Part shown: positions 42,700 through 53,300 of the stretch, in pieces
Layout: every line of letters starts with the position of its first letter
Position numbering within the stretch: position 1 is the first letter of the stretch
Source: an uncultured Alphaproteobacteria bacterium
GTDB taxonomy: Bacteria; Pseudomonadota; Alphaproteobacteria; 43-37; CAWALT01
Length of the DNA stretch: 64,000 nucleotides
Direction of reading: 5' to 3'
NCBI GenBank assembly: GCA_963782975.1
Contig: CAWALT010000002.1
Location: 266,533 to 330,532 of the forward strand
Made by a program: the position numbers and the translations under genes
Notes under the pieces: generated by a model
Databases searched by the model: none
What the model saw: only the letters and a program-made list of their open reading frames with translations
Told to the model about the DNA's origin: nothing

Positions 42700-43413
42700 A
42701 TGAAAAAGTTTTTATCGGAGTTTTTAGCTGAATTTATCGGAACAATGGTATTAATTATCGGAGGTTGCGGCTCTATCATTCTTGGTGGTGATGGGGCGAG
42801 CCACTTAACCGTTTCCCTTGCTTTTGGCTTAACGTTTTTAATTATGTATTATGTTATGAATCCCATTACCGGGTGTCATCTCAATCCTGTTGTAACTCTT
42901 GCTATGTTTATGACAAAGCGTTTAAAGGCAAGTGAGGTACCTGTGTATTTAACCGCTCAATTTGGAGGGGCTTTTGTAGGGATCGTTATTTTAGCTTTAA
43001 TAATGGCGACGCATGGTCACGGGTTTGATATCACGGGAGGCTTTGCAAAAGCTGGGCTTACGGCAAATGGGTATGGGGACCATTTTTATGGAAAATATAC
43101 CTGGCTAGGAGCGTTTTTGACCGAAATTGTTTTAACATTTATCTTTGTTCTCGTTTATTTAAGTGTCAAGCAAACCAAAATACCTAATGGACTTGCAGGT
43201 ATCATTATCGGTTTTGCGCTCACGGTTGTGCATTTGGTAGGCTTAGATGTTACTGGTACCTCCATAAATCCTGCGCGTAGTTTGGCGCCAGCTCTCTTTA
43301 AAGGTACTGAAGCTCTTTTTGAATTGTGGCTCTTCTTTGTCGCGCCAGTTATTGGCAGTGCTCTGGCGGTGTTAACGAGCAGCAAGCTTGTGCCGACGAA
43401 AGAGGAGCAGTAG
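42700..43413 (+). CDS. aqpZ: Aquaporin Z
   Basis: AEFIGT, HLNPV, ANGYG, HLV..VTGTSINPARS. Confidence 0.92.
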   Translation: MKKFLSEFLAEFIGTMVLIIGGCGSIILGGDGASHLTVSLAFGLTFLIMYYVMNPITGCHLNPVVTLAMFMTKRLKASEVPVYLTAQFGGAFVGIVILALIMATHGHGFDITGGFAKAGLTANGYGDHFYGKYTWLGAFLTEIVLTFIFVLVYLSVKQTKIPNGLAGIIIGFALTVVHLVGLDVTGTSINPARSLAPALFKGTEALFELWLFFVAPVIGSALAVLTSSKLVPTKEEQ

Positions 43414-43526
43414 GCAAGAGGAAACATGGTTGCTTAAGTAAATAATTGGTCAGCTGCTAAGAAAGACAAAAAATATAAAAACAAGCGAAAATGCGACACG
43501 AGAGTCGTAGCTTTTCTGAAACAAAT

Positions 43527-43562
43527 AAATAGGCATCCTTTCACATAAGGGTGCCTATTTTC
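43527..43562 (+). terminator. Intrinsic terminator
   Basis: aaataggcatcctt-tcacat-aagggtgcctatttt. Confidence 0.7.
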
Positions 43563-43627
43563 ATTATATCTTTGAAAAAACATGCAAAAGCTTATATAAA
43601 ATTCTTATCCAGTTGTTACTTGATTGC

Positions 43628-43704
43628 GTGCCCGTAGCTCAGATGGATAGAGCACAGGATTCCTAATCCTGGTGTCGGAGGTTCGAATCCTCTCGGGCAC
43701 ACCA
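43628..43704 (+). tRNA. tRNA-Arg(CCT)
   Basis: GTGCCCGTAGCTCAGATGGATAGAGC..TTCCTAA..GGTTCGAATCC..GCACACCA. Confidence 0.97.
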
Positions 43705-43709
43705 ACGGC

Positions 43710-44411
43710 TTATTGAGATTTTTTAAGGACTTTTTGCTTTTTGGCCACAAAGTAAATTACCCATATAATGAGGGCAAAGGCATACCATATCATCATATAT
43801 TGTGAATGATTGTTCGGAAGGTTCATAAAAGCAAAGGCCGGATCATAACCAACCTTTTTAGCCGACTCAGCAATAGGATCAAGGGCGATTAAGTAAGAGC
43901 CATACAAAGAAGGAATGTGACGCTCCTGAGACATGGCGACCGTATCGACAAAATGCCAAGCCGCCTTTTCAGGGACATTGTCGGGTATCCAGAAATTACT
44001 CTTACCATCTCTGCGAAGGATACCCTGGAATGTGATCGTGTCGGGTTTTCCTTGAGAAGAAAAGGAATTTTTATAAGGCACCCATCCCAGATCGATCCAA
44101 ATATGTTGATTCGGCTTATACTCGAGGGGAGCCAGAACATGAAAGCCAGCCTTTCCCTTCCATGTTCTTGGACCTATGAAAAAAGCTAAGTGTGGCTTTA
44201 AAATCCCTTCAAGAGAGGCTTTAATAAGGTTTACGCTTAAAGGTATTTCATTAGCATCAGTCCTAAAAGGAACGGGGGAAGCTTTGAGTACCTGCGCACG
44301 TTCCGCGATGAGCTGCTCTTTCCATTGCCACCGATGAAATTGCCAAGTGCCAAGGCAAGCAAAAATGAGCGAGAGAAATAGGGCTAGGTATTTAAAGCCT
44401 TTCATAGCCAC
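43710..44411 (-). CDS. surf1: SURF1 family cytochrome oxidase assembly protein
   Basis: LGTWQ..R..WK, GWVP, P.N.P...W, NNH.QY..W. Confidence 0.9.
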   Translation of the reverse strand: MAMKGFKYLALFLSLIFACLGTWQFHRWQWKEQLIAERAQVLKASPVPFRTDANEIPLSVNLIKASLEGILKPHLAFFIGPRTWKGKAGFHVLAPLEYKPNQHIWIDLGWVPYKNSFSSQGKPDTITFQGILRRDGKSNFWIPDNVPEKAAWHFVDTVAMSQERHIPSLYGSYLIALDPIAESAKKVGYDPAFAFMNLPNNHSQYMMIWYAFALIIWVIYFVAKKQKVLKKSQ

Positions 44412-44418
44412 CGTGATA

Positions 44419-45225
44419 TTACTGGCCGAGCCAATAAATACTCACAAACAAGAAGAGCCACACGACATCCACAAAATGCCAGTACCATGCCGCTGCTTCA
44501 AAACCAACATGTTGATCACGATGCACCTGGCCACGACGTGCCTGCCACCAACAGACGATAAGAAAGAGAGTACCTACCAATACATGAAAACCATGGAAGC
44601 CAGTGGCGAGGTAAAATGTGGAAGGATAAATCCCTTGGCTAAGAGAAAAGGTAGCATGTTGATACTCATAGGCTTGAACACAAAGGAAAATGATTCCTAA
44701 TAAAACCGACAGGCCAAGACCACGCACAACATCCCGGTTTTTGCCTTCCAGTAAAGCATGATGCGCCCAAGTTACGGCCGTGCCAGATAATAACAACAAC
44801 AAAGTGTTTAAATAAGGCAGACGGAAAGGGTCAAGGGTCTCAATTCCTTGGGGAGGCCATACGCCTCCTGCTGCTTCGGTAGGCGCTAAACTTGCATTAA
44901 AATAAGCCCAGAAAAAAGCGACAAAAAACATTACTTCGGAGGCGATAAAGAGGGCCATACCTATTTTTAAACCTTGTTGAACTACTTTAGTGTGAAAAAA
45001 GTCGCTCTCTTTTAGGACATCACGCCACCAGCCAATCATGCAGACGATCATTAAGCCAGTACCAGCCAGTAAAATCCACGGTCCATATCCATGCATAAAG
45101 AATACGGCCCCTAATCCTAAGAGGAACGCTGCAATTGAGGCAGCTAATGGCCAAGCACTAGCATCAACTAAATGGTACGGGTGCTTTTGTCCCGGAATTT
45201 CATTTTCCTTTCTCGCGTTCCTCAT
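44419..45225 (-). CDS. coxC: Cytochrome c oxidase subunit III
   Basis: HPYHLV, WWRDV, FIASEVMFF, TGFHGFHV, WYWHFVDVVW. Confidence 0.97.
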   Translation of the reverse strand: MRNARKENEIPGQKHPYHLVDASAWPLAASIAAFLLGLGAVFFMHGYGPWILLAGTGLMIVCMIGWWRDVLKESDFFHTKVVQQGLKIGMALFIASEVMFFVAFFWAYFNASLAPTEAAGGVWPPQGIETLDPFRLPYLNTLLLLLSGTAVTWAHHALLEGKNRDVVRGLGLSVLLGIIFLCVQAYEYQHATFSLSQGIYPSTFYLATGFHGFHVLVGTLFLIVCWWQARRGQVHRDQHVGFEAAAWYWHFVDVVWLFLFVSIYWLGQ

Positions 45226-45230
45226 GCTTC

Positions 45231-47066
45231 TTATCCTCTGTCTTCCTCTTCTTTTTTAAACCACCAATCCAGATGTGATAGGCGAACCTCAGGTCGAAAC
45301 TCAGGCATTCCGATATGTTTCCAATAAGCAATAAATTCTCTATCGCAATAGTAGAGTGGAATCACATAATAACCAGATTTTAACACGCGGTCGAGAGCTT
45401 TACATGTATTTATCAATGTTTCTCGATCTTGAGAGAGGAATATTTTTGTGCATAAGCTATCAACAGCAGCATCCTTTATTCCCATATAGTTTCTTGTTCC
45501 AGGCGTGTCAGCCGCTTTAGAGCTCCAATAATATTGTTGTTCATTTCCTGGTGACAGCGTTTGGCCAAAAAGGTAGATCATCATGTCAAAATCGTAATGA
45601 GTGACCCGATTAAGGTATTGAGAAGGGTCAACGATACGAAGAGTGACGTTAATGCCAATGCGACGCAGATTCGTTGCATAATGCATCGCAACCTTTTTAA
45701 AGTCATCCCCTTTGAGCAAGATTTCAAAGCTAAAAGGCTTGTTGGTCTCTTTATGGTAAAGTTTTCCTTTGCGTTGACGCCAGCCAGCCTCCTGCAAGAG
45801 CGTTAATGCCTTCTGCATCCTTTCTCTTAAACTTAGATTATCCTGAGGGTCCCATATCGTAGCCTCTTCTTCTAATACCTCCGGTGCAATAAAAGGCTTC
45901 AGAGGTTCGAGAAAGACAAGCTCACCGGAACTTGGTTGACCCGTTGCTTTCATTGGTGAATTCTCAAAAAAGCTTGTTGTTCTTTTGTAGGAATTATAAA
46001 AGAAATTCTTATTTATCCAGTTAAAATCAAAAAGATGATTTAATGCCTGTCTTACTCGAAGATCTTTGAAAATAGGGCGCCTAGTATTAAAAACAAAACC
46101 TAACATGCCAGCAGGAAAGGTAATTGGCCTCTCTGCCTTTATAATCGACTTCTTAAGGTGCGCGGGAAATTGATATTCTTTATACCAGCGGGAAGGGTCT
46201 GTTTCTTCTACCACGTCGATATAGCCGCTTTTGAGTGCCTCTAAGATAACAGATGAATCCTTGTAATACTCAAAATGAAGCTCAGCAAAATTGAATTTTC
46301 CTTTGGCGAGGGGCAAGTGAGTTCCCCAATAATCTTTGCGACGTTGGAAAGTAATGGAGCGACCTGGTTTAATCTCTTTAATCTCATAAGGACCGCTTCC
46401 CATAATGGGCTTAAGAGTGACTTTCTTTATATGGTCGGTATCAATTTCCTTTTTAGGGAGAACCGTTAGAAGAGCAAGGATAAGAGGCAACTCAGGATCG
46501 TGCTGTTCCCCCCTCGGCAAGGTAAATTTTATCGATAGGGGGCCAAGCTTTTCCACCTTTATTACTTTAGAGTAATAAAGTCGCATATTCGGGCGCCCAT
46601 TCTCTCTCAAAAAATGATAAGAGGCCATAACATCATCGGCCGTTATAGGAGAGCCGTCATGCCAACGCGCTTCTTTCCTTAAGTGAAAAATGATATACGT
46701 GCGTTCCTTATCCACCTCCATTTTTTCAGCAAGCCAACCGTAAACAGTGAAGGGTTCATCGGCAGAGCGCATCGTTAATTTCTCAAAATAAAGCTCGCCC
46801 CCAAGTCCAAGTCCTGCCGCTACATTTCCTTTTATAATAAAAGGGTTTAAGCTATCAAAGCTTCCAAGGATTGCGATTCTTAATGGGCCACCTTTAGGAG
46901 CGTTCGAGTTTACATAATCAAAATGTTTAAATCCTTCTGTATACTTAGGCGTGCCATGCATGGCAATCCCATGAAGGACTTCAGCGTAGCTAGCGTTTGA
47001 AGAATGAGCTAGAAAGAACAAAATGATAGGCAGGACCTTAAATACGCATAAGATATTCTTTCTCAT
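45231..47066 (-). CDS. Peptide ABC transporter substrate-binding protein (YejA-like)
   Basis: HGIAMHG.PKY..F.HFDYVN..APKGG, FDSLNPF, GSGPY, SPGNEQ, ALDRVL; ATG at 47066 overlaps the tsaB stop. Confidence 0.9.
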   Translation of the reverse strand: MRKNILCVFKVLPIILFFLAHSSNASYAEVLHGIAMHGTPKYTEGFKHFDYVNSNAPKGGPLRIAILGSFDSLNPFIIKGNVAAGLGLGGELYFEKLTMRSADEPFTVYGWLAEKMEVDKERTYIIFHLRKEARWHDGSPITADDVMASYHFLRENGRPNMRLYYSKVIKVEKLGPLSIKFTLPRGEQHDPELPLILALLTVLPKKEIDTDHIKKVTLKPIMGSGPYEIKEIKPGRSITFQRRKDYWGTHLPLAKGKFNFAELHFEYYKDSSVILEALKSGYIDVVEETDPSRWYKEYQFPAHLKKSIIKAERPITFPAGMLGFVFNTRRPIFKDLRVRQALNHLFDFNWINKNFFYNSYKRTTSFFENSPMKATGQPSSGELVFLEPLKPFIAPEVLEEEATIWDPQDNLSLRERMQKALTLLQEAGWRQRKGKLYHKETNKPFSFEILLKGDDFKKVAMHYATNLRRIGINVTLRIVDPSQYLNRVTHYDFDMMIYLFGQTLSPGNEQQYYWSSKAADTPGTRNYMGIKDAAVDSLCTKIFLSQDRETLINTCKALDRVLKSGYYVIPLYYCDREFIAYWKHIGMPEFRPEVRLSHLDWWFKKEEEDRG

Positions 47067-47758
47067 TTTTTCTCCTTTGCAAGGTGTGTCGGTGAGGTTG
47101 TATTGGGTTGTCGCAAATATAAAGGAACTACTTCTTTGAGGGAATCTGGCTTTTGCCAAGCCGCTTTGGCGATATCTTGGGCGGTTGGAGCTAAATAGGT
47201 AAAAGAAAAAGGATGCTGAGTTTCAAGCTCTTTTAATACCTGGATGAGAGGAGTTGGGGGAGTCCCTACAATATGGAGCTTGTTTTGACTATAAGATGTA
47301 AGTTCCTCAACTACTTTTCTTAATAGCGGAGTATCCACTACCGTTATCTGGCTTAGCTCTTCCTTCTGAGGTTCATACCATTGGGCATAAGCATCATGCC
47401 TTTTCGTGTCTAAGAGCATTAAAATAAGCGAAGAGGAAGAAACCTGCCGTAAATGATAACGTAGCGCGTCAAAGGCCGTGACGGCCATAATAGGTATCCC
47501 TAAACTCACACGCAGCCCCTGAGCCATTGCCAAGCTGACCCGCACACCGGTATACGAACCAGGTCCTACCGTTGTAGCGACCGCCGATAAATCCTTGAAA
47601 GTGATCTTTGCTTCTTTTAGCGTCGCTTGAATGGCAAGAGGCAACCACCGATCATGGCCTCTCTCCATTACTTGAGAGTACGCTGCCAGGACCTTTGTTT
47701 GCTCTAAGACAGCGACACTTCCATATTGGCTTGAGGTATCAAAAGCTAAAGTGTACAC
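47063..47758 (-). CDS. tsaB: tRNA threonylcarbamoyladenosine biosynthesis protein TsaB
   Basis: LAFDTS, GPGSYTGVR, PLYLR. Confidence 0.92.
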   Translation of the reverse strand: MYTLAFDTSSQYGSVAVLEQTKVLAAYSQVMERGHDRWLPLAIQATLKEAKITFKDLSAVATTVGPGSYTGVRVSLAMAQGLRVSLGIPIMAVTAFDALRYHLRQVSSSSLILMLLDTKRHDAYAQWYEPQKEELSQITVVDTPLLRKVVEELTSYSQNKLHIVGTPPTPLIQVLKELETQHPFSFTYLAPTAQDIAKAAWQKPDSLKEVVPLYLRQPNTTSPTHLAKEKK

Positions 47759-48087
47759 AGGAAACCTATGCGTTTAATTCTTTATTTTAAAGTAACGAGT
47801 TTTCTCTTTTATAGCAAAGAAATAGCATAAAAAACCTACTCAATTTGTAAAAACAATCCTTAAGATTTTCCAAAGAGAGCGCCTTAGGCCCTTCTAAATA
47901 GCTCCTTTACTTAGAGAACACATAAGAAGAGAGATTCCAAGACCCTTTCGGAAAGAATCTGGAGCGCTTAAGGGTCTTTTGCCTATGCACTCCCGATGAA
48001 AGGTGGAGCGTAAGAGGGAAGGAAAAAGAGATTAAAGACGGGGTGAGGAAAAGCGCCACTTGGTTAGAAGAAATGAGGCCATGAAAT

Positions 48088-49149
48088 TTACACGTTACCT
48101 GTTTCTTGGCTACCCCGGGCAGGCGTCATATCAGCAAGAGTAGCCTCGTCTAAAGTTTTAAGCGCATTCCCTTCAATAATACTTTTTAACTTTTTGACAT
48201 ATGGCTTACCAAGCTCAGAATATTTAATAAGGTGATCAGCTAAGGCCATAGAGTCTAAAGGTTTCTTATATCGGCGCATCTGGAACCGTGCCTGGCGAAA
48301 TTCTTGGTAAGCTAAATGAGTATTAATGTTATGAATATAGGCACGTACACACTCAAATAATGTATTAAAAGATTTTAATTTCATCGCCTCTCCACGTTGC
48401 CGTTTCTTTCTCGATTGATCGCGATAAACCCGTTGGCCAAAGAGAGCATTTTTATTTTGAGCTAAAGTAGAAGTTCCCCAACCACTTTCCAAAACGCTTG
48501 TTGCCAACGCTAACGAGACAGGAATCTTATCAACTTTAACTAGAAGGCGATCAAAATCTATGCTTTTTTCTTTATAATAAGACGCAATTTCTTCAAGCCA
48601 TGATCTTTCTTGATCGCTTATTTGTTGACCTAACCGAACCTTTTTTTGTAGGTGAATGATTCTTTGGCGTGTTGCCGTTATTTCCTCATTAGCTAAAAGA
48701 ATTACAGGAAGCACCAGTTGAAGAAAAGCGTTACGATGATCATTCGTTTCCTGCAGGACGTGAAAACCGCTGGGTAAGCTGCCAAAGTAGATACGTGGAA
48801 CGCTTTCCCCTGATCGTACTTTGTCTATACAATAATCATAGGAGGCATAAATATTAGATAGCTCCTGCGCGGTCCTAATATCGCCAATATTATAAGCCAT
48901 CAACGTAGGATCACTCGCAAAGGTTCCTAAGTTTAAAAGAGTCTTTGTGTATCTTTGGGCTAACCCAGGTAGTAACTCAGGTATTTTTGTCGTATCTTTA
49001 AAGTTATAAAGACGAGCCACAGAATTTTCGGGAGGGACCGTAAAATATCGATGAGGAAGTCGTCCTTTAAGAGCCATACATACGGCTAGAGTAATACTAA
49101 GAAACAACATGACACTGAAAAATAATTTAGTAAAGTACAGTCGCGGCAT
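48088..49149 (-). CDS. Glucosaminidase (GH73/Bax-like) peptidoglycan hydrolase
   Basis: F...LP.I..N..I, VDKIP.SLALA...ESGWGTS..N.LFG, NINTH.AY, YSE.G..Y. Confidence 0.85.
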   Translation of the reverse strand: MPRLYFTKLFFSVMLFLSITLAVCMALKGRLPHRYFTVPPENSVARLYNFKDTTKIPELLPGLAQRYTKTLLNLGTFASDPTLMAYNIGDIRTAQELSNIYASYDYCIDKVRSGESVPRIYFGSLPSGFHVLQETNDHRNAFLQLVLPVILLANEEITATRQRIIHLQKKVRLGQQISDQERSWLEEIASYYKEKSIDFDRLLVKVDKIPVSLALATSVLESGWGTSTLAQNKNALFGQRVYRDQSRKKRQRGEAMKLKSFNTLFECVRAYIHNINTHLAYQEFRQARFQMRRYKKPLDSMALADHLIKYSELGKPYVKKLKSIIEGNALKTLDEATLADMTPARGSQETGNV

Positions 49150-49205
49150 ATCTCCTCTCCTGATCGTTACTTCCTGCTTATTTATATGATTGAATTTTGC
49201 TTGGT

Positions 49206-49754
49206 TTATTCCGTAGCTCTAACTTCCTGGACTTCGGGAATGTAATGGCGGAGCATGTTTTCTATCCCAGATTTAAGAGTAGCAGTGGAACTTGGGCAAC
49301 CAGCGCAAGCACCATGAAGTTTTACAAAAACAACCCCATCTTGGAAATCTTCAAAAACAATATCTCCTCCATCCATAGCAATGGCTGGGCGAACACGCGT
49401 CTCTAACAATTCCTTTATTTGAGCGGTAAGAGGATCATCCTCCGTCGCTTTTTCTTCTTTCGTGGCGTTCTCATAAAAAAGAGGCTTGCCCGAAAGATAA
49501 TAATCCATAATAGCTCCTAAGACAGCGGGCTTAAGAGTATTCCAATCCTTTGCCGTCTCTTTTGTGACCGTAACATAATCGTGACCAAAAAAGACGTTGC
49601 TCACGCCTTTGATATTAAAAAGCTGCAAAGCCAAAGGAGAACATAAGGCTACCTCCTTTGAATCGAAGTTCCGCGCCCCCGTTCCCATAACTTCCTGCCC
49701 CGGGAAAAATTTCATTGCTTGAGGGTTTGGGGTTTCCTCAGTTTGAATGAACAT
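49206..49754 (-). CDS. nfuA: NifU/NfuA family Fe-S carrier
   Basis: MFIQTEETPNP, VRPA.A.DGGDI, GACAGCPSS..TLK.GIE. Confidence 0.93.
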   Translation of the reverse strand: MFIQTEETPNPQAMKFFPGQEVMGTGARNFDSKEVALCSPLALQLFNIKGVSNVFFGHDYVTVTKETAKDWNTLKPAVLGAIMDYYLSGKPLFYENATKEEKATEDDPLTAQIKELLETRVRPAIAMDGGDIVFEDFQDGVVFVKLHGACAGCPSSTATLKSGIENMLRHYIPEVQEVRATE

Positions 49755-50335
49755 TTATCAGGTCTCCTTCAATCCTTAGTACTGTGGTTTCTATAAAGCA
49801 AAAAATAGAAAAAATCAAGAAAATAAGAAAAGCCCATAAAACCAACCAGAATTCTTGCGGTCCTAATAAAAACTAACTAATGGCCTCCTAGGATGATGTA
49901 AATTTTTAAATTACCTTGACCTACTGTTTAAATTTTATATTTTTTTACTAATTTTTAAAACAATAAAGTTAGACAATCTTAAAATGCATATCCTACATAA
50001 AAATTTTTTGTAAGATAGTGCTTGCCCTTTTTCTTTAAAAATAGAAGAAAAGCCGCAAAAATGACGGCTACTTAATTTGTGTCTTTGATATGCCCTTTCT
50101 CTAAGAATTAAGGTTGACCATCTGAGATCTTGTGTATAGAAGCGCTCTCATCTTACCGTCCTTTCGCTTCTCTACGGAGAAGAGAGGGAGGGAAGGATGC
50201 AATAAAACAGGGGCCGCTTCAGATTTTTATACCCCTCAAAGATAATGATAGGGAGCATCAAATAAAATTATAGATTAATTTATGGTTGATTTAGGTAAAT
50301 ATATAATTTAACGTCATCTATAAATTATCTATTAC

Positions 50336-53300
50336 ATGGAGAATATGCCTATGCTTTCTCGCCCAGGGTCTAAGTTTCGTTCTTCTCTTCTTTCTTTGGT
50401 TATTTTCTCTCTCATCTGGAGCAATCTCCTGACGGCAATCCCTTGCTCAGCCATTGTGCGTCATCATCACCTGGATGATGCGCGTTACTTAAAGGGCGCC
50501 GAGGCGTATCCCGCGGTGGGGATCCTCCACACTTCAGGGGGTTATTGTACCGCGACCTTGATTAAGGTGCCGGGCCGGCCGGAGCTGGATGGCTCGATTA
50601 TTTTAACGGCTGCTCACTGTTTACAGGATGCTCTCGTCTCCAAGGCGGCAACAGAGCAAGGGAAAGGTGGGGCTGTTTTTTGTCTGGGCGACGACTGTCA
50701 GACGATCGCTCTTGGGGCACACGCGATCTTTTCTCCTCTGGGCGCTCAACGTCCTCGAGGGGACTTCCTTACCCAAAACTTAGAAAGGTCCCAAGGGGAT
50801 ATGGCCCTTGCTTACCTTGCTTATAAGATTTCTTCCGTGTCACCCGCCGAGCTTTATCTCGAGCCAACGCCCCGGGCGGCTTTTGAGGGTAAGATCCTCT
50901 CTACCATTGGCCTGGGTCTGACCGGTCAATCCAATTGCTCCCTTCTTTATGAAGATGGCCAAAAACGCCTTATGGAAAATCCCCTTCGTCTTCCGCACGG
51001 GGAGAGCGAGTCGGCCTTCCTCCTAATCGACTTTACAAGCGAGGTACTCTCTCCCCCCTCTCTCCTGCGGGGCTTGCCGATGGACGGCGATTCGGGCGCG
51101 CCGGGTTTTATTGAGCAGGAGGGAAAGAAGAAAGTAATAGGCGTATATGTAAAAAGTAAAGCGCGCGCTTTCCTCCTTGAAAGGCTTCGCGTTGGGGGCG
51201 ATCCCCTCCTTTCTCGCGGTCAACAAACTTTCAGGAACTTCGATAAAGAGCCGCAGGGCTTCAGCGCACTGATTGACATGCACGACCTCGACAAAGAAAG
51301 CTCCTTCCTTTACGTACCGGCTCTTCGTTCCTGGTTCGCCAAGGTTTTTAAAAACTTACCCGACAAGCCTGGGGAGGCGGCCGGGTCGTTCTGGGGGAGG
51401 GAGCCATCGGCCTCTGTGCTCATCCAAGACAGAGGAGCGATGAAAGACGATCGGCAAAGCCTGTCTCAAGGGTGTAGCCTCCCCCTTTCCAGAAAAGAGG
51501 GAGAGTTTCTCTATCGGCTTGAGAAGGCGGCTAAGTGCCCGGTGCCTTCGCCGGCCTCCGTGGCTTCCTTCTCGTCTTCCTCTTCCTCTTCGTCTTCGTA
51601 CCCAGTCGATCACAGGTCCTTGCATAGCTTAGGTGCCCCCTCCTCGAGTGATAATTTGCTTTCTTCCACCACGCGGTACTACTCCATGCTTAGTACGATG
51701 TATACTCCTTCTTATGTGTTGGACGCTTATCAACGAGGGGACTCTATCCCTCAGAAATTCTCTGAGTTTGGGGAGTGGTATGGTGACCAAGTATGGAACG
51801 CGAGGCCGAGGGGGATTTCTTCTCAAAACTCCGAGTGGTTCAAGGACTCCTTAAGTGATAGAGATCGTCACGAACCGGGGAAAGAGTTCTTCGAGGGGCA
51901 AGAAGCGCCCTTGTGGTCCTCTCTTTCAGCAAGTGCAGGGCGTCAGCACATGGTGGAGGAGTATTTAACGCGTTATGGGATGGACTCTCTTCCTCCTTCT
52001 CAGCGGAATGAGGCGGGCGTAAGTAGCGCAATCCTTGAGAGGGTGATGAAAGAGCCGATGGCGCGCACCTTTGAAGAGGTGAAGGCGCATAGCGAGAGGG
52101 TGAGCCAGGCCGTCTCACTTTACCATCAAGCGTTCCTTAACGCTCGCCGTCCTCAAGAGAAGGAGCCCTATACGTTGGGCCAGGTGGAGCAACAGCTCCA
52201 AAAAATGGAAACATCGATTACCGCCATGGTCCCCAAGGAGGTGTGGACCCAGGAGGGATCGACGTGGAAAGAGATTCCCAAGGTGGAGGAGCAGAAGCTT
52301 GAGTTTAAGCCAATCCTTCTAATGGAGGCGCGTCGGACGACGTGGGAAGAAGAAAGTCGTATGTGGCAAGCAAAGCGAGAGGCGATGTTGCGGGAGTTCG
52401 ATGAGATAAGGGCCCGCTCTGGCCTTGCGGCCTTTCGACCCGTGTCGACGGCGTCGGCACCTTCCTTTGAGTTTATGTTTGCAGCGATGCAAGGGTTGCC
52501 GCGGGAGCTTTCGGTGCTTTTGGCGCCGCGGCCTCCAAAGGAGTTTACGGATGGGTATGAGATGGAGGGATCTCTTGCCTCGCCCATGGTGGTGGGCACC
52601 ACGTTAGGAACGGGCGTTGTGATGGAACACCCACGGGGCTATCCCATGGGCGCGGTGCTAGGTGGGGCGGTCGAGAGATGGGTGAGTCCTGAGCGGATGA
52701 TGGCGTACGTGGATCGATTGTATCGAGAGGAGCGGGCGGCGGGGGCTTCGCGCAACGAGGCGGATGTTCGGGTGGTGGATCGGGTCTTGAGGGAGGAAAG
52801 GCTGGGTCATTATCGCTTGTTACCGGCGGAGCAAGGGCAGATTACGCTGGCCTATGCGGGGCCGGTGGTGGGTTTGTTGGGCTCCACGGCGGCTGCCGGA
52901 GGAAAGGGGGTCACCGAGGCGGTGGTTGATCTGGGATCGTTGGGTACCACGCTGGGCGATGGTCTTGAATCGTTAGCCGTGACGCTGGAGGGGCAGATAA
53001 AGGCGCCTGTGACGCAAGGGAATCGTCTCTGGTATGCGGAGCGGGGCGAGAAGGAGCTGGGCGTGTTGCCTGACCAGGGGTCTGGCGCTGCCTCTTCCAA
53101 GGAGGAGCCGGAGGTGCATGCCACTGAAAAGCCGGAGCGGGTGATGTTGGCCTATGCGGGGCCGATGGCGGGTTTGTTAGGACCCGCGGTGGCCGCGGGG
53201 GCGAAGGCGGTGACCGAGGCGGTGGTTGGGACCGGCGTGGGTGCGATGGCGGGGGCAGTCCTCAAGGAAACGGTGGAGAAACTGACCACCCCGGCGCATG

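Noticed and set aside
42700-43413. NPV instead of the first NPA in the aquaporin
   Set aside because: A known tolerated variant; the remaining AqpZ motifs look normal
47067-47159. N-terminal extension of yejA
   Set aside because: Overlaps tsaB; the signal peptide starts at ATG 47066
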